DNA from: Nitrospirota bacterium
GTDB lineage: Bacteria; Nitrospirota; UBA9217
Direction of reading: 5' to 3'
Length of the DNA stretch: 64,000 nt
Assembly: GCA_963796285.1 (NCBI GenBank)
Contig: CAWCKW010000012.1
Location: forward strand, 416,001-480,000
The notes under the pieces are model-generated. The model was given only the letters and a program-made list of their open reading frames with translations, made no database searches and was not told the origin of the DNA. A program made the position numbers and the translations under genes. This document shows positions 52,248-60,815 of this stretch, piece after piece. Within the stretch, counting starts at the first letter, position 1, and every line of letters begins with the position of its first letter.

Positions 52248-53999
52248 TTACCATGATCTTGCTGGAGTGTGATCCTCGCCATGACAGCTGAAGTTGCCGC
52301 ATTCCCCCAGAGCAGTCGCGGTTCCGGTGTAATTCAATGTACTTAATATCGTTTGATACGCGGAGCTCATTGTAGATGTGTTGAGATCGTTGAAATGAAC
52401 ACTGGCAAGTTTCGTCGTATCGTGGCATTCCGTACAGGCTGCGAAACCCACGTGCAATGAGTGCTCACCCGAGTGATAGCTGTTATACTGAGCCGTACCG
52501 GACGCGTGGCATGAGGTACACTGCGTATTAACATCAATAACGGTGCCCGAAAGCCAGCCCGGAGTTGTCTGGCCGCCGTGACAGCTGACATTCGTGCACG
52601 TATTATTCGTGGCATTATAGGAAGCAGCACCGGATTTCGCATTATACGTCGGATCGAGGATCACATCGACGACGCCGTTCTGGTGTAGCGCGGTTCCATC
52701 GCCCGCTCCTGTATGGCACGTGGCGCAGACGATGATCGTCGAAACCGCGACATGAGGCGCGTGCTGTCCGGCAACGTTCGGGGAAACGGCACCGTCGGGC
52801 GGGATCGCATGACAGGTTCCGCAGGTTGGCGTCGCATGGCAAAGCGTATTGTTGAAGCAACCCGGAGTCGTACCCGCTGGAACGGTTGCGTAGGAGGGTG
52901 GAGTTCTGTTGTTCAAATGGCAGAGCGCGCATACGGGGGCATTCCCCTGGTCCGTGGTTGTGTGAACATACGTATCGCCCGGCAGCCATGGGAAAGCGTG
53001 TGGAGGCGTACCGGTCGTGCCGGCTTGGTGACATGTAAAACATGACTGGTTCGCAGTTCCGCCGGTGAAGTCACTTCCGTGACAGGTCTGACAGTAGCTA
53101 AAGCCAGCCGTGGAGGTTGGCGCTGACTTCGCCGCTGCACCGTGTGAATTCGGGTTTGCCCAGCCTGCAGCGTGGCCTACAGCTCCATGGCAGAGTGTAT
53201 TGTTGAAGCAATCCGGAGTTGTGCCCGCTGGAACGGTTGCGTAGGAGGGTGGCGTTCTTCCGTTCAAATGGCAGAGCGCGCACACAGGGGCATTCCCCTG
53301 GTCCGTGGTCGTGTGGGTATATGTATCACCGGGCAGCCATGGGAAAGCATGGGGAGGCGTACCGGTCGTGCCTGCTTGGTGACATGTAAAACATGACTGG
53401 TTCGCAGTTCCGCCGGTGAAGTCATTTCCGTGACAGGTCTGACAGTAGCTAAAGCCAGCCGTGGAGGTTGGCGCTGACTTCGCACTTGCGCCGTGGGCAG
53501 AAGGAAGCTCCCATCCGGCCTGGTGACCTACGGTTGAGTGGCAGAGTGTATTGTTGAAGCATCCGGGCGCCGCCCCTGAATCAAAAGGCGAGGGCTGAAC
53601 AGAAGAGTTAGCGCCGTTCGTATGACACAATGCGCAGATCGGGGCATTGCTCTGGTCGGTATTCGTATGGGTCCGGGTCCCGCCTCTCCAGGGCTTCGGC
53701 GAGTGTGGTGCGCTGACAGAAGCGCCATGACAGCCTGCCGTGTTCAGGCAGGTCATGTTGGAGATACCCCCGTTGAATTTGTCGGCATGACATTCCTGAC
53801 AGACTGCAAAGCCCGTCGTTGAACCAGCCGCAGACTTTGCGGCTGCTCCGTGTGAATCAGGTGATTCCCAGCCTGCATCGTGTTTTCCCGTGTCCGAATT
53901 GATCAGGGACTTGGGCGTGCGTGCATCGCTGCATCCAAGGGAAAGGATAAGCATCGCACTGCTCAGGACTACTCCAGCTTTTACGATTATTTGTGACAT
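52248..53999 (-). CDS. large multiheme c-type cytochrome lipoprotein (12 CXXCH, 4 CX5CH, 2 CX4CH)
   Basis: Motifs counted by eye in the ORF; lipobox-like SLGC; C-terminal CxxxxCH...CxxCH module. Confidence 0.9.
   Translation of the reverse strand: MSQIIVKAGVVLSSAMLILSLGCSDARTPKSLINSDTGKHDAGWESPDSHGAAAKSAAGSTTGFAVCQECHADKFNGGISNMTCLNTAGCHGASVSAPHSPKPWRGGTRTHTNTDQSNAPICALCHTNGANSSVQPSPFDSGAAPGCFNNTLCHSTVGHQAGWELPSAHGASAKSAPTSTAGFSYCQTCHGNDFTGGTANQSCFTCHQAGTTGTPPHAFPWLPGDTYTHTTTDQGNAPVCALCHLNGRTPPSYATVPAGTTPDCFNNTLCHGAVGHAAGWANPNSHGAAAKSAPTSTAGFSYCQTCHGSDFTGGTANQSCFTCHQAGTTGTPPHAFPWLPGDTYVHTTTDQGNAPVCALCHLNNRTPPSYATVPAGTTPGCFNNTLCHATPTCGTCHAIPPDGAVSPNVAGQHAPHVAVSTIIVCATCHTGAGDGTALHQNGVVDVILDPTYNAKSGAASYNATNNTCTNVSCHGGQTTPGWLSGTVIDVNTQCTSCHASGTAQYNSYHSGEHSLHVGFAACTECHDTTKLASVHFNDLNTSTMSSAYQTILSTLNYTGTATALGECGNFSCHGEDHTPARSW
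52835..53561 (-). repeat. 351-bp (117-aa) near-identical tandem repeat inside the multiheme cytochrome
   Basis: Anchor TGGCAxAGxGTATTGTTGAAGCA recurs near 52837, 53188 and 53539; AAGCCAGCCGTGGAGG at 53101 and 53452. Confidence 0.92.
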
Positions 54000-54427
54000 T
54001 CTCTGCACCTCTCATTATTCTGACGGCCATGGCAGGGGACACAGGATGCCGGATTGATCTTGCCGTCGATTTTATGCTGATTCAAATAATCTCCCCGATG
54101 CGGTAAGGTCCGTTCCGGGGCATCGGGATACTTGTCGCTGGGTTTGATCTCTTCTTTGTTCGCGTGGCAGTCGGAACAGAAGGATTCCGCATGGCAGACG
54201 TCACAGGTCAGTTTTTGCTGCGCAGCGTAGAACTTGTGTTTTTTGATCCAATCCGACCGGTGGTCCAGTGATGCTCTCCAATCTGTATGACACTCGCTGC
54301 ACTGGGGCATGCCCTGGACCTCCAGTGGGTGTTTTCCTGCAGTGCTTTGGTGAACAGCACAGGAAAACAACAGTGTGCCGGACACCGCCAGAATTCCAAG
54401 GATGAAGGTTTTTATCTTCGTAGTCAT
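53987..54427 (-). CDS. pentaheme c-type cytochrome lipoprotein
   Basis: CSECH, CDVCH, CSDCH, CVPCH and CRECH; lipobox LFSC. Confidence 0.9.
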   Translation of the reverse strand: MTTKIKTFILGILAVSGTLLFSCAVHQSTAGKHPLEVQGMPQCSECHTDWRASLDHRSDWIKKHKFYAAQQKLTCDVCHAESFCSDCHANKEEIKPSDKYPDAPERTLPHRGDYLNQHKIDGKINPASCVPCHGRQNNERCRECHK

Positions 54428-54458
54428 TTATGATATCTCCTGAGGGGATGGTGTTCTG

Positions 54459-55751
54459 TCAATTGCTCTTTGTGCTCTTTTTGACCGCCGACGGGGTATT
54501 TTTATTCCCAGAATCTAAATGTGCTTCAAATGAATACACAAACGTTGCCATGGCCCGAACATCACGCTTGAAGTCAGAGTCCGTGGCGTAAGTCACATCG
54601 GCCACGAGTCGTGCTTTTGGCGTAATGGCATATCCTGCCGCTGCAGAAGCATTGTCTGCATGCTTGACACCATTGATCTCCTGCTTGTAGGCAAGATGAA
54701 TTAGCTGCAGGGAGACGTCGGCCCTGGAAATCTTCTGGGACACGTATATTCCCAGTTCGTCATATTGCAGAGCGGCGGTGGCACCGTCCATACGGTGGCC
54801 ACTGACACCCATGCCAAAGGATTCACCGGCAAAGGCCATCTTCCCGCCGTAGTAGTTGGCCTGGCCCGCGATGCTGTAGTGAAAGTTCTTATAATCAGCG
54901 ATTGCCGTAAGCTGGCGGGTGATCGCATAGTCTATCGATCCGCCCGCGGTTGTTATTGTTTCATTAGGATCGATGTTCGGAAAAGTGAATGCACTCACGG
55001 TCAAGGAAGAAAAGAACTGCTTGTAATCTATTTTAGAGAACTCGCTGTTCAGCCGCAGATCGCCAAAAGGACCGACGGTCATATAGTAGCTGTGCTGCAT
55101 CCAGCCACGCTCTATGGCATTATACGAGGAAGTTCCCTGTACTTCCAGTTTAGTCAGCGGTCGAAGCCAGATATCGACACCCTCTTCCCTCCGGAAGCTG
55201 CTCGAGTTGTTTTTTTCATCGAGATGCGATATGCCGATGATATAGTAACCCGGGAGCCCCTGCGCGATCCGCCCGCCCGCTATCGAGTCGCCTCTCCTCG
55301 TATCGGATATCGTTTCAACGGGACTGCCCCCGAATGCCGCGACGATGAAACCGCCTTTCAGGTCAGTACGTGCATGAATACCGTCTACCTGTTCGGAAGC
55401 TATGCCCTCATGTACCAATACCCTGCCGACATCGAGCACTGCATTAGCAGACCGTTTCTTGATGCTGATATACGCGTACTGGAGATCGTCGTTGTATCTG
55501 CCATTGGTGCTTTCGTCCCTCAGATCATAGCGGTACCACCCGCCGAAGTTGAAAGACACGGAATCCTTGTCTGAGTTGTCCACCTTAAAATTGAGGTATT
55601 CGGTGAGCGGCATCAATTTTGTTGAATCCACAGTCTCCCGACTCATTAGATATGTTCGGGATTGGCCGGTAACGTCGAGGGCTGAAGCATTTGATGAGAC
55701 TAAAAGGAAGGCAAATAAAACGTGAAGCGATAGGAATAAGCGTATTCGCAC
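54459..55751 (-). CDS. putative outer-membrane beta-barrel (porin of a porin-cytochrome conduit)
   Basis: Signal peptide ending ASA; alternating aromatic/Gly beta-strand pattern; ATFVYSF near the C-terminus; first gene of the cytochrome operon. Confidence 0.75.
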   Translation of the reverse strand: MRIRLFLSLHVLFAFLLVSSNASALDVTGQSRTYLMSRETVDSTKLMPLTEYLNFKVDNSDKDSVSFNFGGWYRYDLRDESTNGRYNDDLQYAYISIKKRSANAVLDVGRVLVHEGIASEQVDGIHARTDLKGGFIVAAFGGSPVETISDTRRGDSIAGGRIAQGLPGYYIIGISHLDEKNNSSSFRREEGVDIWLRPLTKLEVQGTSSYNAIERGWMQHSYYMTVGPFGDLRLNSEFSKIDYKQFFSSLTVSAFTFPNIDPNETITTAGGSIDYAITRQLTAIADYKNFHYSIAGQANYYGGKMAFAGESFGMGVSGHRMDGATAALQYDELGIYVSQKISRADVSLQLIHLAYKQEINGVKHADNASAAAGYAITPKARLVADVTYATDSDFKRDVRAMATFVYSFEAHLDSGNKNTPSAVKKSTKSN

Positions 55752-56058
55752 GTGAGTAGCCCCCTCTAGTTGAAATACATAAATGCAGAAACTTACAGGA
55801 TTACCACTTCCGTTTTCTAAACTTGTAGCGGCTCGTGATTGTATTGATAGAGCAAGATATAAATGAAAGATGAATAGCCTGAGGATATGCAATTAGCAAA
55901 AGCATATCGTTCTGAAATTTTGTGTAATTTTACATCACAGCTTAGAATAAATCAAACGCTAATTTTACTTTGAGGCCGCATATGATTGTGCACAAAAGTC
56001 ATTCATTTAATGATATGAATTAGCCGTTGAATATATGTCATAAACAGATGTTTTTTTA

Positions 56059-56074
56059 TGTGACGTAAATCACA
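56059..56074. promoter_or_regulatory. CRP/FNR-family (CRP-type) binding site
   Basis: Perfect TGTGA-CGTAAA-TCACA in the AT-rich region upstream of the porin gene. Confidence 0.6.
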
Positions 56075-56297
56075 TTGGCGAATATCTTAGCAATATCTTC
56101 AGCAGCATACTAGGGAATATCGCTGACAAATCGTAATTTGTGAGTGCCAACTACGCCACATTTAATAAGACCTCGAAACATACGTGATGTTTTAAAAGGG
56201 CTGTCGGGTATGATGGCAGGAAGGGGATTATATTTTGCAATCGAATTTATATTGTGGGAGGCAAACAGGACTTCGGAACAACGGTGCGGGTGTAGAT

Positions 56298-57049
56298 CTA
56301 AAGGTTCTTCGGGATCTTACGGTTAACGCTCTTGTTCTTCGAAGGGTCGTCGGTAAGCATGAGCGCGCCATCCTCGCCATGGACCATGTAGATGGTGTAC
56401 CGTGGTCTGTGCACTTTTTCATCGCCGCCATAGATTCTCAAGATCCGCTGCACGTAATTTTGCGTTTCTCGGTATGGCGGGATGGTCCCCCACTTTTTCA
56501 CGGCGGTTTCACCAGAGTTGTATGCCGCGAGCGCGAGCGAAAGATTGCCTTCATAACGATCTATTAGATATCGCACATATTTCACCCCACCGTCGATGTT
56601 GTCATTGGGATTGAACGAGTTGCCGACTTTCATCTCAGCAGCGGTCTGCGGCATGAGCTGCATCAGACCCATGGCGCCTTTTCTTGACAGCGCATAAGGG
56701 TTGAAATCAGATTCCACTTTCACGATCGCGTGCACAAGCGCGGGATCGACGCCGTGGCGGTTGCACGCGGAATTTATGATATCGACATAGGCACTAGGAC
56801 TGTTTGATGATGAGCTCGATACGCGTGAAGGGCAGGTGAGCATGCAGAGCGGACGTGGTCTGTTGTTTTGCGGCGGCAGCTGATTTTAATTTTCTGTATT
56901 TCTTGGCAGTGCCGACACTTAGGTTGCTGAAATGCATCACGCCATTCTCATCGGTATACTGATAGATGTCGGCCAAGACGCAGCGTGGCTGGCAAAGGGA
57001 GAAAAGCAGCAACGTACATGCCAATATGAGGAGTTGTTTTCCTATCCAT
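56298..57049 (-). CDS. lytic transglycosylase (SLT) with an N-terminal DUF4124-like domain; split by apparent frameshifts near 57037 and 56850
   Basis: VESDFNP, GLMQLMP, ALAAYNSG and ETQNYV in 56298-56843; ADIYQYTDENGVMHFSN in the upstream frame. Confidence 0.8.
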
Positions 57050-57234
57050 CCACGACCTCAAAGACAAAAGAGAAATAAAGAAGATGATTACGACGCAACA
57101 TATGGCTTATATTATAACGCAATAAAAACTGTTTTGTCAACTAAAAATTGGATAAAAATTGATTTACTTTTGTATTCTCTCTAGTCACAAATGAGCACTC
57201 GTATGGGACACAGTATCGTATGATGCGCTTATTA

Positions 57235-57297
57235 TTGACAACAAAGCACCGAAGACACTATAATTTTCTTGACAATAGTGCGGGTGTGCATTAATAT
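57235..57297 (+). promoter_or_regulatory. tandem sigma70 promoters for the tRNA
   Basis: TTGACA(57235)-N18-TATAAT and TTGACA(57269)-N17-TAATAT. Confidence 0.6.
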
Positions 57298-57308
57298 GCA
57301 TTTCTCAT

Positions 57309-57385
<77 letters not shown>

Positions 57386-57396
57386 AATTAAATCAG

Positions 57397-57427
57397 AAGG
57401 CTGAGAGGATGTTCTCTCAGCCTTTTT
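57397..57427 (+). terminator. rho-independent terminator after the tRNA
   Basis: AAGGCTGAGAG-GATGT-TCTCTCAGCC followed by a T tract. Confidence 0.8.
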
Positions 57428-57539
57428 GCGTTCTATTGGAAGATAAATGAGGCGTATGATCGTTCCTGCATGCCGAAGCAGCTGTCCAATATCAGGTGTT
57501 TGCGTCCGAAAAGCGACAATGTTGCTATTATTGAACATT

Positions 57540-57568
57540 TTGACAGCAGTGCTTTTTTGCCGTATAAT
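57540..57568 (+). promoter_or_regulatory. sigma70 promoter for groES
   Basis: TTGACA-N17-TATAAT, perfect consensus. Confidence 0.75.
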
Positions 57569-57603
57569 GGCTTCATCAATATTCTACAACAAGGAGAAAT
57601 ACC

Positions 57604-58057
57604 ATGAAGCTGAAACCGATGAACGATTGGGCTGTGATACGGCCGTCCGACGCGGCGGAGAAGACCGCAGGTGGGCTCTATATTCCGGATAGCGCAAAAG
57701 AAAAACCACAGGAAGGCGTTGTTGAGGCGATCGGGCCCGGCGCTTTTGAGGAAGAGAAGTACGGGAAGAAGAAGGACCTAACGAAAAAAAGAAAGTTCAA
57801 CCCCACTACGGTAAAGCCTGGCGACTTGGTGCTCTATGAACGCTATGCGGGGCAGACGTATGCCATCGAGGGCGAGGACCTGGTACTTGTGCGTGAACGA
57901 GATATCCTCGGCATTCTGTCGGGTGATGGCCGGAAACCGATTCAGATTCACGGCGTCCACGTCTGCCAAGGGAACAACGGCGATCGTGAAAGAAGTGTCA
58001 GGCCAGGAGAAAAAGGCTAAAAAGCCGTTGGCCAAGAAACCGGGAAAGAAAAAATAG
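57604..58057 (+). CDS. groES: GroES-family co-chaperonin, orphan, with a C-terminal extension (ends at 58020 as assembled, or 58057 if there is a +1 indel near 57950)
   Basis: MKLKPMND, KTAGGLYIPDSAKEKPQEG and VRERDILG motifs. Confidence 0.85.
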
Positions 58058-58071
58058 CATACGAGGCGATA

Positions 58072-58638
58072 GTGGAAGACGAGTGCGTAGTACGTGGGAA
58101 AAAGATCCTATCCATCCTTGAGCAGGAGTTCGAAGATGGGGAGAGTCTGGCTGCAGAGGCGAGGAAGATGATTTCCTACCTGCTGGTGGAAAAAAAGGGA
58201 TACTTGCCGGAGGATATCGAGAAGAAGGTTGTGTTCGCGGTGAAGGTTGGCCAGGAGACTGCGTATTCTTCCGTGGATTTTGTTGTTTCAGTTCACGGGA
58301 AGAAGGCCATGGTCATCAAGTGCGTGGCTGGCTCCCTCTCGTCACGGGAACGCCAGGTAGTTGCCGCCGCCCGTCTGATTGGAGCACCACCCGTGCTCGT
58401 GGCGGTTGTGGCGGATCCTATAAATGCCGAGGTTCTGGATGTTAGAACGGGTAAACTTGTAGGAGAAGGTTTCGGCGCTATTCCAATCAGGGATCAGTTG
58501 ATACAGATGATTTCAGAAGGTGCTTCCCAGGTACTCTCTCCGGAGAGGCTTGAAAAGGAAAAACGTATTCTGCTCGCCTTTGATGCCATACGCTGCAGTG
58601 TTCCTCAGGGAGCGAATGGTGGTGTTGATATCGGGTAG
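58072..58638 (+). CDS. standalone HsdR N-terminal-like (PD-(D/E)xK fold) protein
   Basis: LLVEKKGY..EDI, VDFVV, MVIKC and RERQVVAAARL pattern. Confidence 0.6.
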   Translation: MEDECVVRGKKILSILEQEFEDGESLAAEARKMISYLLVEKKGYLPEDIEKKVVFAVKVGQETAYSSVDFVVSVHGKKAMVIKCVAGSLSSRERQVVAAARLIGAPPVLVAVVADPINAEVLDVRTGKLVGEGFGAIPIRDQLIQMISEGASQVLSPERLEKEKRILLAFDAIRCSVPQGANGGVDIG

Positions 58639-58639
58639 A

Positions 58640-58790
58640 GTAGCACTGGTGAAGAGCAGGAACCGCTCCAGCGCGCCGCTCGCGATGATGAAGGCGACGA
58701 AGACCTCATCGAAGTCACCGCTGAAGAGCACCATGTTCAGTTGAGACCCGCACTTTTCGAGATTCGCGAGACGGCTTACCCGTTCTTGAA
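58640..58790 (-). pseudogene. DsrE2/DrsE-like sulfur relay protein remnant
   Basis: QLNMVLFSGDFDEVFVAFIIASGA resembles the DsrE2 N-terminal strand-helix; no start codon or C-terminal part; directly downstream of tusA. Confidence 0.5.
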
Positions 58791-58831
58791 TTATTTCGCT
58801 GATTCGCTCTATCCCCGTTTCTTCCTGGGAA

Positions 58832-59056
58832 TTATTTTTTTGTGATGGTTGCGATGATGTCCTTGCCGGACTTCGAAAAACCGGTGAGCTCATTCCCCGT
58901 CTTTTCGCACCATGACTTGACGTCGGGTTCGAACGCCGCGTCGTCGCAGACTACCTCGAAGACATCGCCGGTTGCCCCTTTTCTCGTTGCCATCGATAAC
59001 TTAAGCATCGGCATGGGGCAGGACATCCCTCTATAATCTAAATCGGTTTTCGCCAT
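58832..59056 (-). CDS. tusA: TusA family sulfurtransferase
   Basis: LDYRGMSCPMP and DVKSWC..TGN motifs. Confidence 0.9.
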   Translation of the reverse strand: MAKTDLDYRGMSCPMPMLKLSMATRKGATGDVFEVVCDDAAFEPDVKSWCEKTGNELTGFSKSGKDIIATITKK

Positions 59057-59320
59057 AAATCCTCCTTTATCAATATATATTCCTTTTTATTTTTTGCCCT
59101 TGACTTCAGAATAAAAACCGCGGCATTCTTTTGTCCCGTGATGACTTTTCCATTCAAAGGGCATACTAGACAACCCTATTTTTTGCTTTAATTTACTTTA
59201 TAGGCCGTATGATGTAAATACCCGGAGATGATATTATCATATACCGTGCGCCAAAACAAGCCTTGACTGTACGCTCGCCGTGATGCTACAATCATTGAAA
59301 TTCTTTTTAAACAGGGGCAG

Positions 59321-59785
59321 ATGAACAGGGCAGCGAGAGCGGCCATTCTTTTTATTTCGCAGGGTGCCTATGCTGGGAGATTTCCGGTTGCCCCAGGCAC
59401 CGCTGGTACGATCGTCGGGGTATTCCTCTATGAGGTAATGAAGAATCTTGCCCCTGGTCAGTATGTTGCGCTCTGCGTCCTCATTTCCCTTCTCGGCACA
59501 TGGGCCGCGGGCCGCGCCGAGTCCCTTCTCGGCACCAAGGACAGCGCCTCGATCGTGATCGATGAGATCGCAGGTTTTCTTTTGGCCATGTTCATGGTCC
59601 CAACCTCCTGGGGATTTGTAGCCGCGGGTTTTTTGCTTTTCAGGGCGTTTGATATCGTGAAACCGTGGCCGCTCAGGCGCCTGCAGGACCTGCACGGCGG
59701 CCCTGGCGTGATGCTCGACGACATCGGGGCAGGGATTTATACGAATCTTGTGCTTCAGGCGGCCTTGTTTTTTATTTCACGATGA
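59321..59785 (+). CDS. pgpA: phosphatidylglycerophosphatase A
   Basis: APGTAGT, IVIDEIAG, FRAFDIVKPWP and GVMLDDI motifs. Confidence 0.95.
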   Translation: MNRAARAAILFISQGAYAGRFPVAPGTAGTIVGVFLYEVMKNLAPGQYVALCVLISLLGTWAAGRAESLLGTKDSASIVIDEIAGFLLAMFMVPTSWGFVAAGFLLFRAFDIVKPWPLRRLQDLHGGPGVMLDDIGAGIYTNLVLQAALFFISR

Positions 59786-60624
59786 ACCGGATAACCGAAG
59801 ATACCTTCGAACAAACCCTCAAGTCCTTCATTCGCTCGGAACAGATCGACCTCAGCAAGGTTTCCTTTGTTGATCCCTACGGCATGCTGGCGCTGCTCGA
59901 AATCGGCGAGCTCTGCCTGCTTGAGGATGTGAGGAAAAGCGTCATCCTCCCGCAATCTCCCGAGGTATGCGCATACCTCGACCGGATGGACTTCTTTATG
60001 TTTGCGAAACGCTGCTTCACACTCGACTATTCTTCATCCGGATTTTCCGAAAACCATCACCGCACCCCCGAGTCAGACGTCCTACTTGAAATCACGCCGA
60101 TTGAGAAGTCGAACGACATCCACTCCATTGTCGGAAAGGTGAGAGACCGTGCCCAGGCCATCCTTGCAACTCATCTGCATTACGACGAACGCGCGATAAA
60201 CGGCTTCATCGTGGCGCTCTCCGAAGTCTGCCAGAACATCATCGAGCACAGCGAGAACACAGGCTTTGTTGGGATACAGAAGTACCGGTTTCAGGGCATG
60301 AATAAGAACATCGTCAAGATCGCGGTCATGGACGTGGGGGTAGGATTTCGCAAATCTCTCTCGCACCGTTTCAAGCTGAAGGGAGACCTTGACGCCATCG
60401 ACCATGCGCTCCTGCACGGCGCGTCTCGTTATGAAGACAAGGGCAGGGGCCATGGACTCGCCGCAGTCAGGCGTTTTGTCAAAGAGTGGCAGGGCAAGCT
60501 TTCTATTCGCTCAGGCACGGCAAGGCTGTCTATCATCCCGTCATGGGCCAGGGGCATGGAACAGGAACGAAATCTCATCTCTTTCCCCGGAAGCCAGATC
60601 AATATCATGTTGCCGGAAATGTAA
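59782..60624 (+). CDS. STAS-like + HATPase (anti-sigma-kinase-like) ATP-binding protein
   Basis: IDLSKVSFVDPYG (STAS-like); N box SEVCQNIIEHS; G1 DVGVG; G2 GRGHGL; ATGA overlap with pgpA. Confidence 0.8.
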   Translation: MNRITEDTFEQTLKSFIRSEQIDLSKVSFVDPYGMLALLEIGELCLLEDVRKSVILPQSPEVCAYLDRMDFFMFAKRCFTLDYSSSGFSENHHRTPESDVLLEITPIEKSNDIHSIVGKVRDRAQAILATHLHYDERAINGFIVALSEVCQNIIEHSENTGFVGIQKYRFQGMNKNIVKIAVMDVGVGFRKSLSHRFKLKGDLDAIDHALLHGASRYEDKGRGHGLAAVRRFVKEWQGKLSIRSGTARLSIIPSWARGMEQERNLISFPGSQINIMLPEM

Positions 60625-60718
60625 CCTATTCGCTCACTCATAACCCAAAACCTTTTTGGGGAGCGGGCTGGGTGAGAGGGAAACGCCACACATCATTCCC
60701 TTTCTTGTGAAAAAAACC

Positions 60719-60761
60719 TTGACAAATTCCTCCACATATGGTTCAATTGAATCAATTGAAC
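60719..60761 (+). promoter_or_regulatory. promoter overlapped by a perfect palindromic operator
   Basis: TTGACA(60719)-N17-TTCAAT with TGn extension; GTTCAATTGA-A-TCAATTGAAC at 60741-60761. Confidence 0.65.
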
Positions 60762-60815
60762 TAAACAGTGCATACCGTAGGGGCCGGGAACAAAAGATGA
60801 GGAACAGGACCTGGA

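Noticed and set aside
55760-56230. Sigma-54 promoter for the porin-cytochrome operon
   Set aside because: No convincing TGGCAC-N5-TTGC with correct GG/GC spacing on the minus strand
57386-59320. Genomic island integrated at tRNA-fMet
   Set aside because: No integrase and no duplicated tRNA 3' end were found downstream
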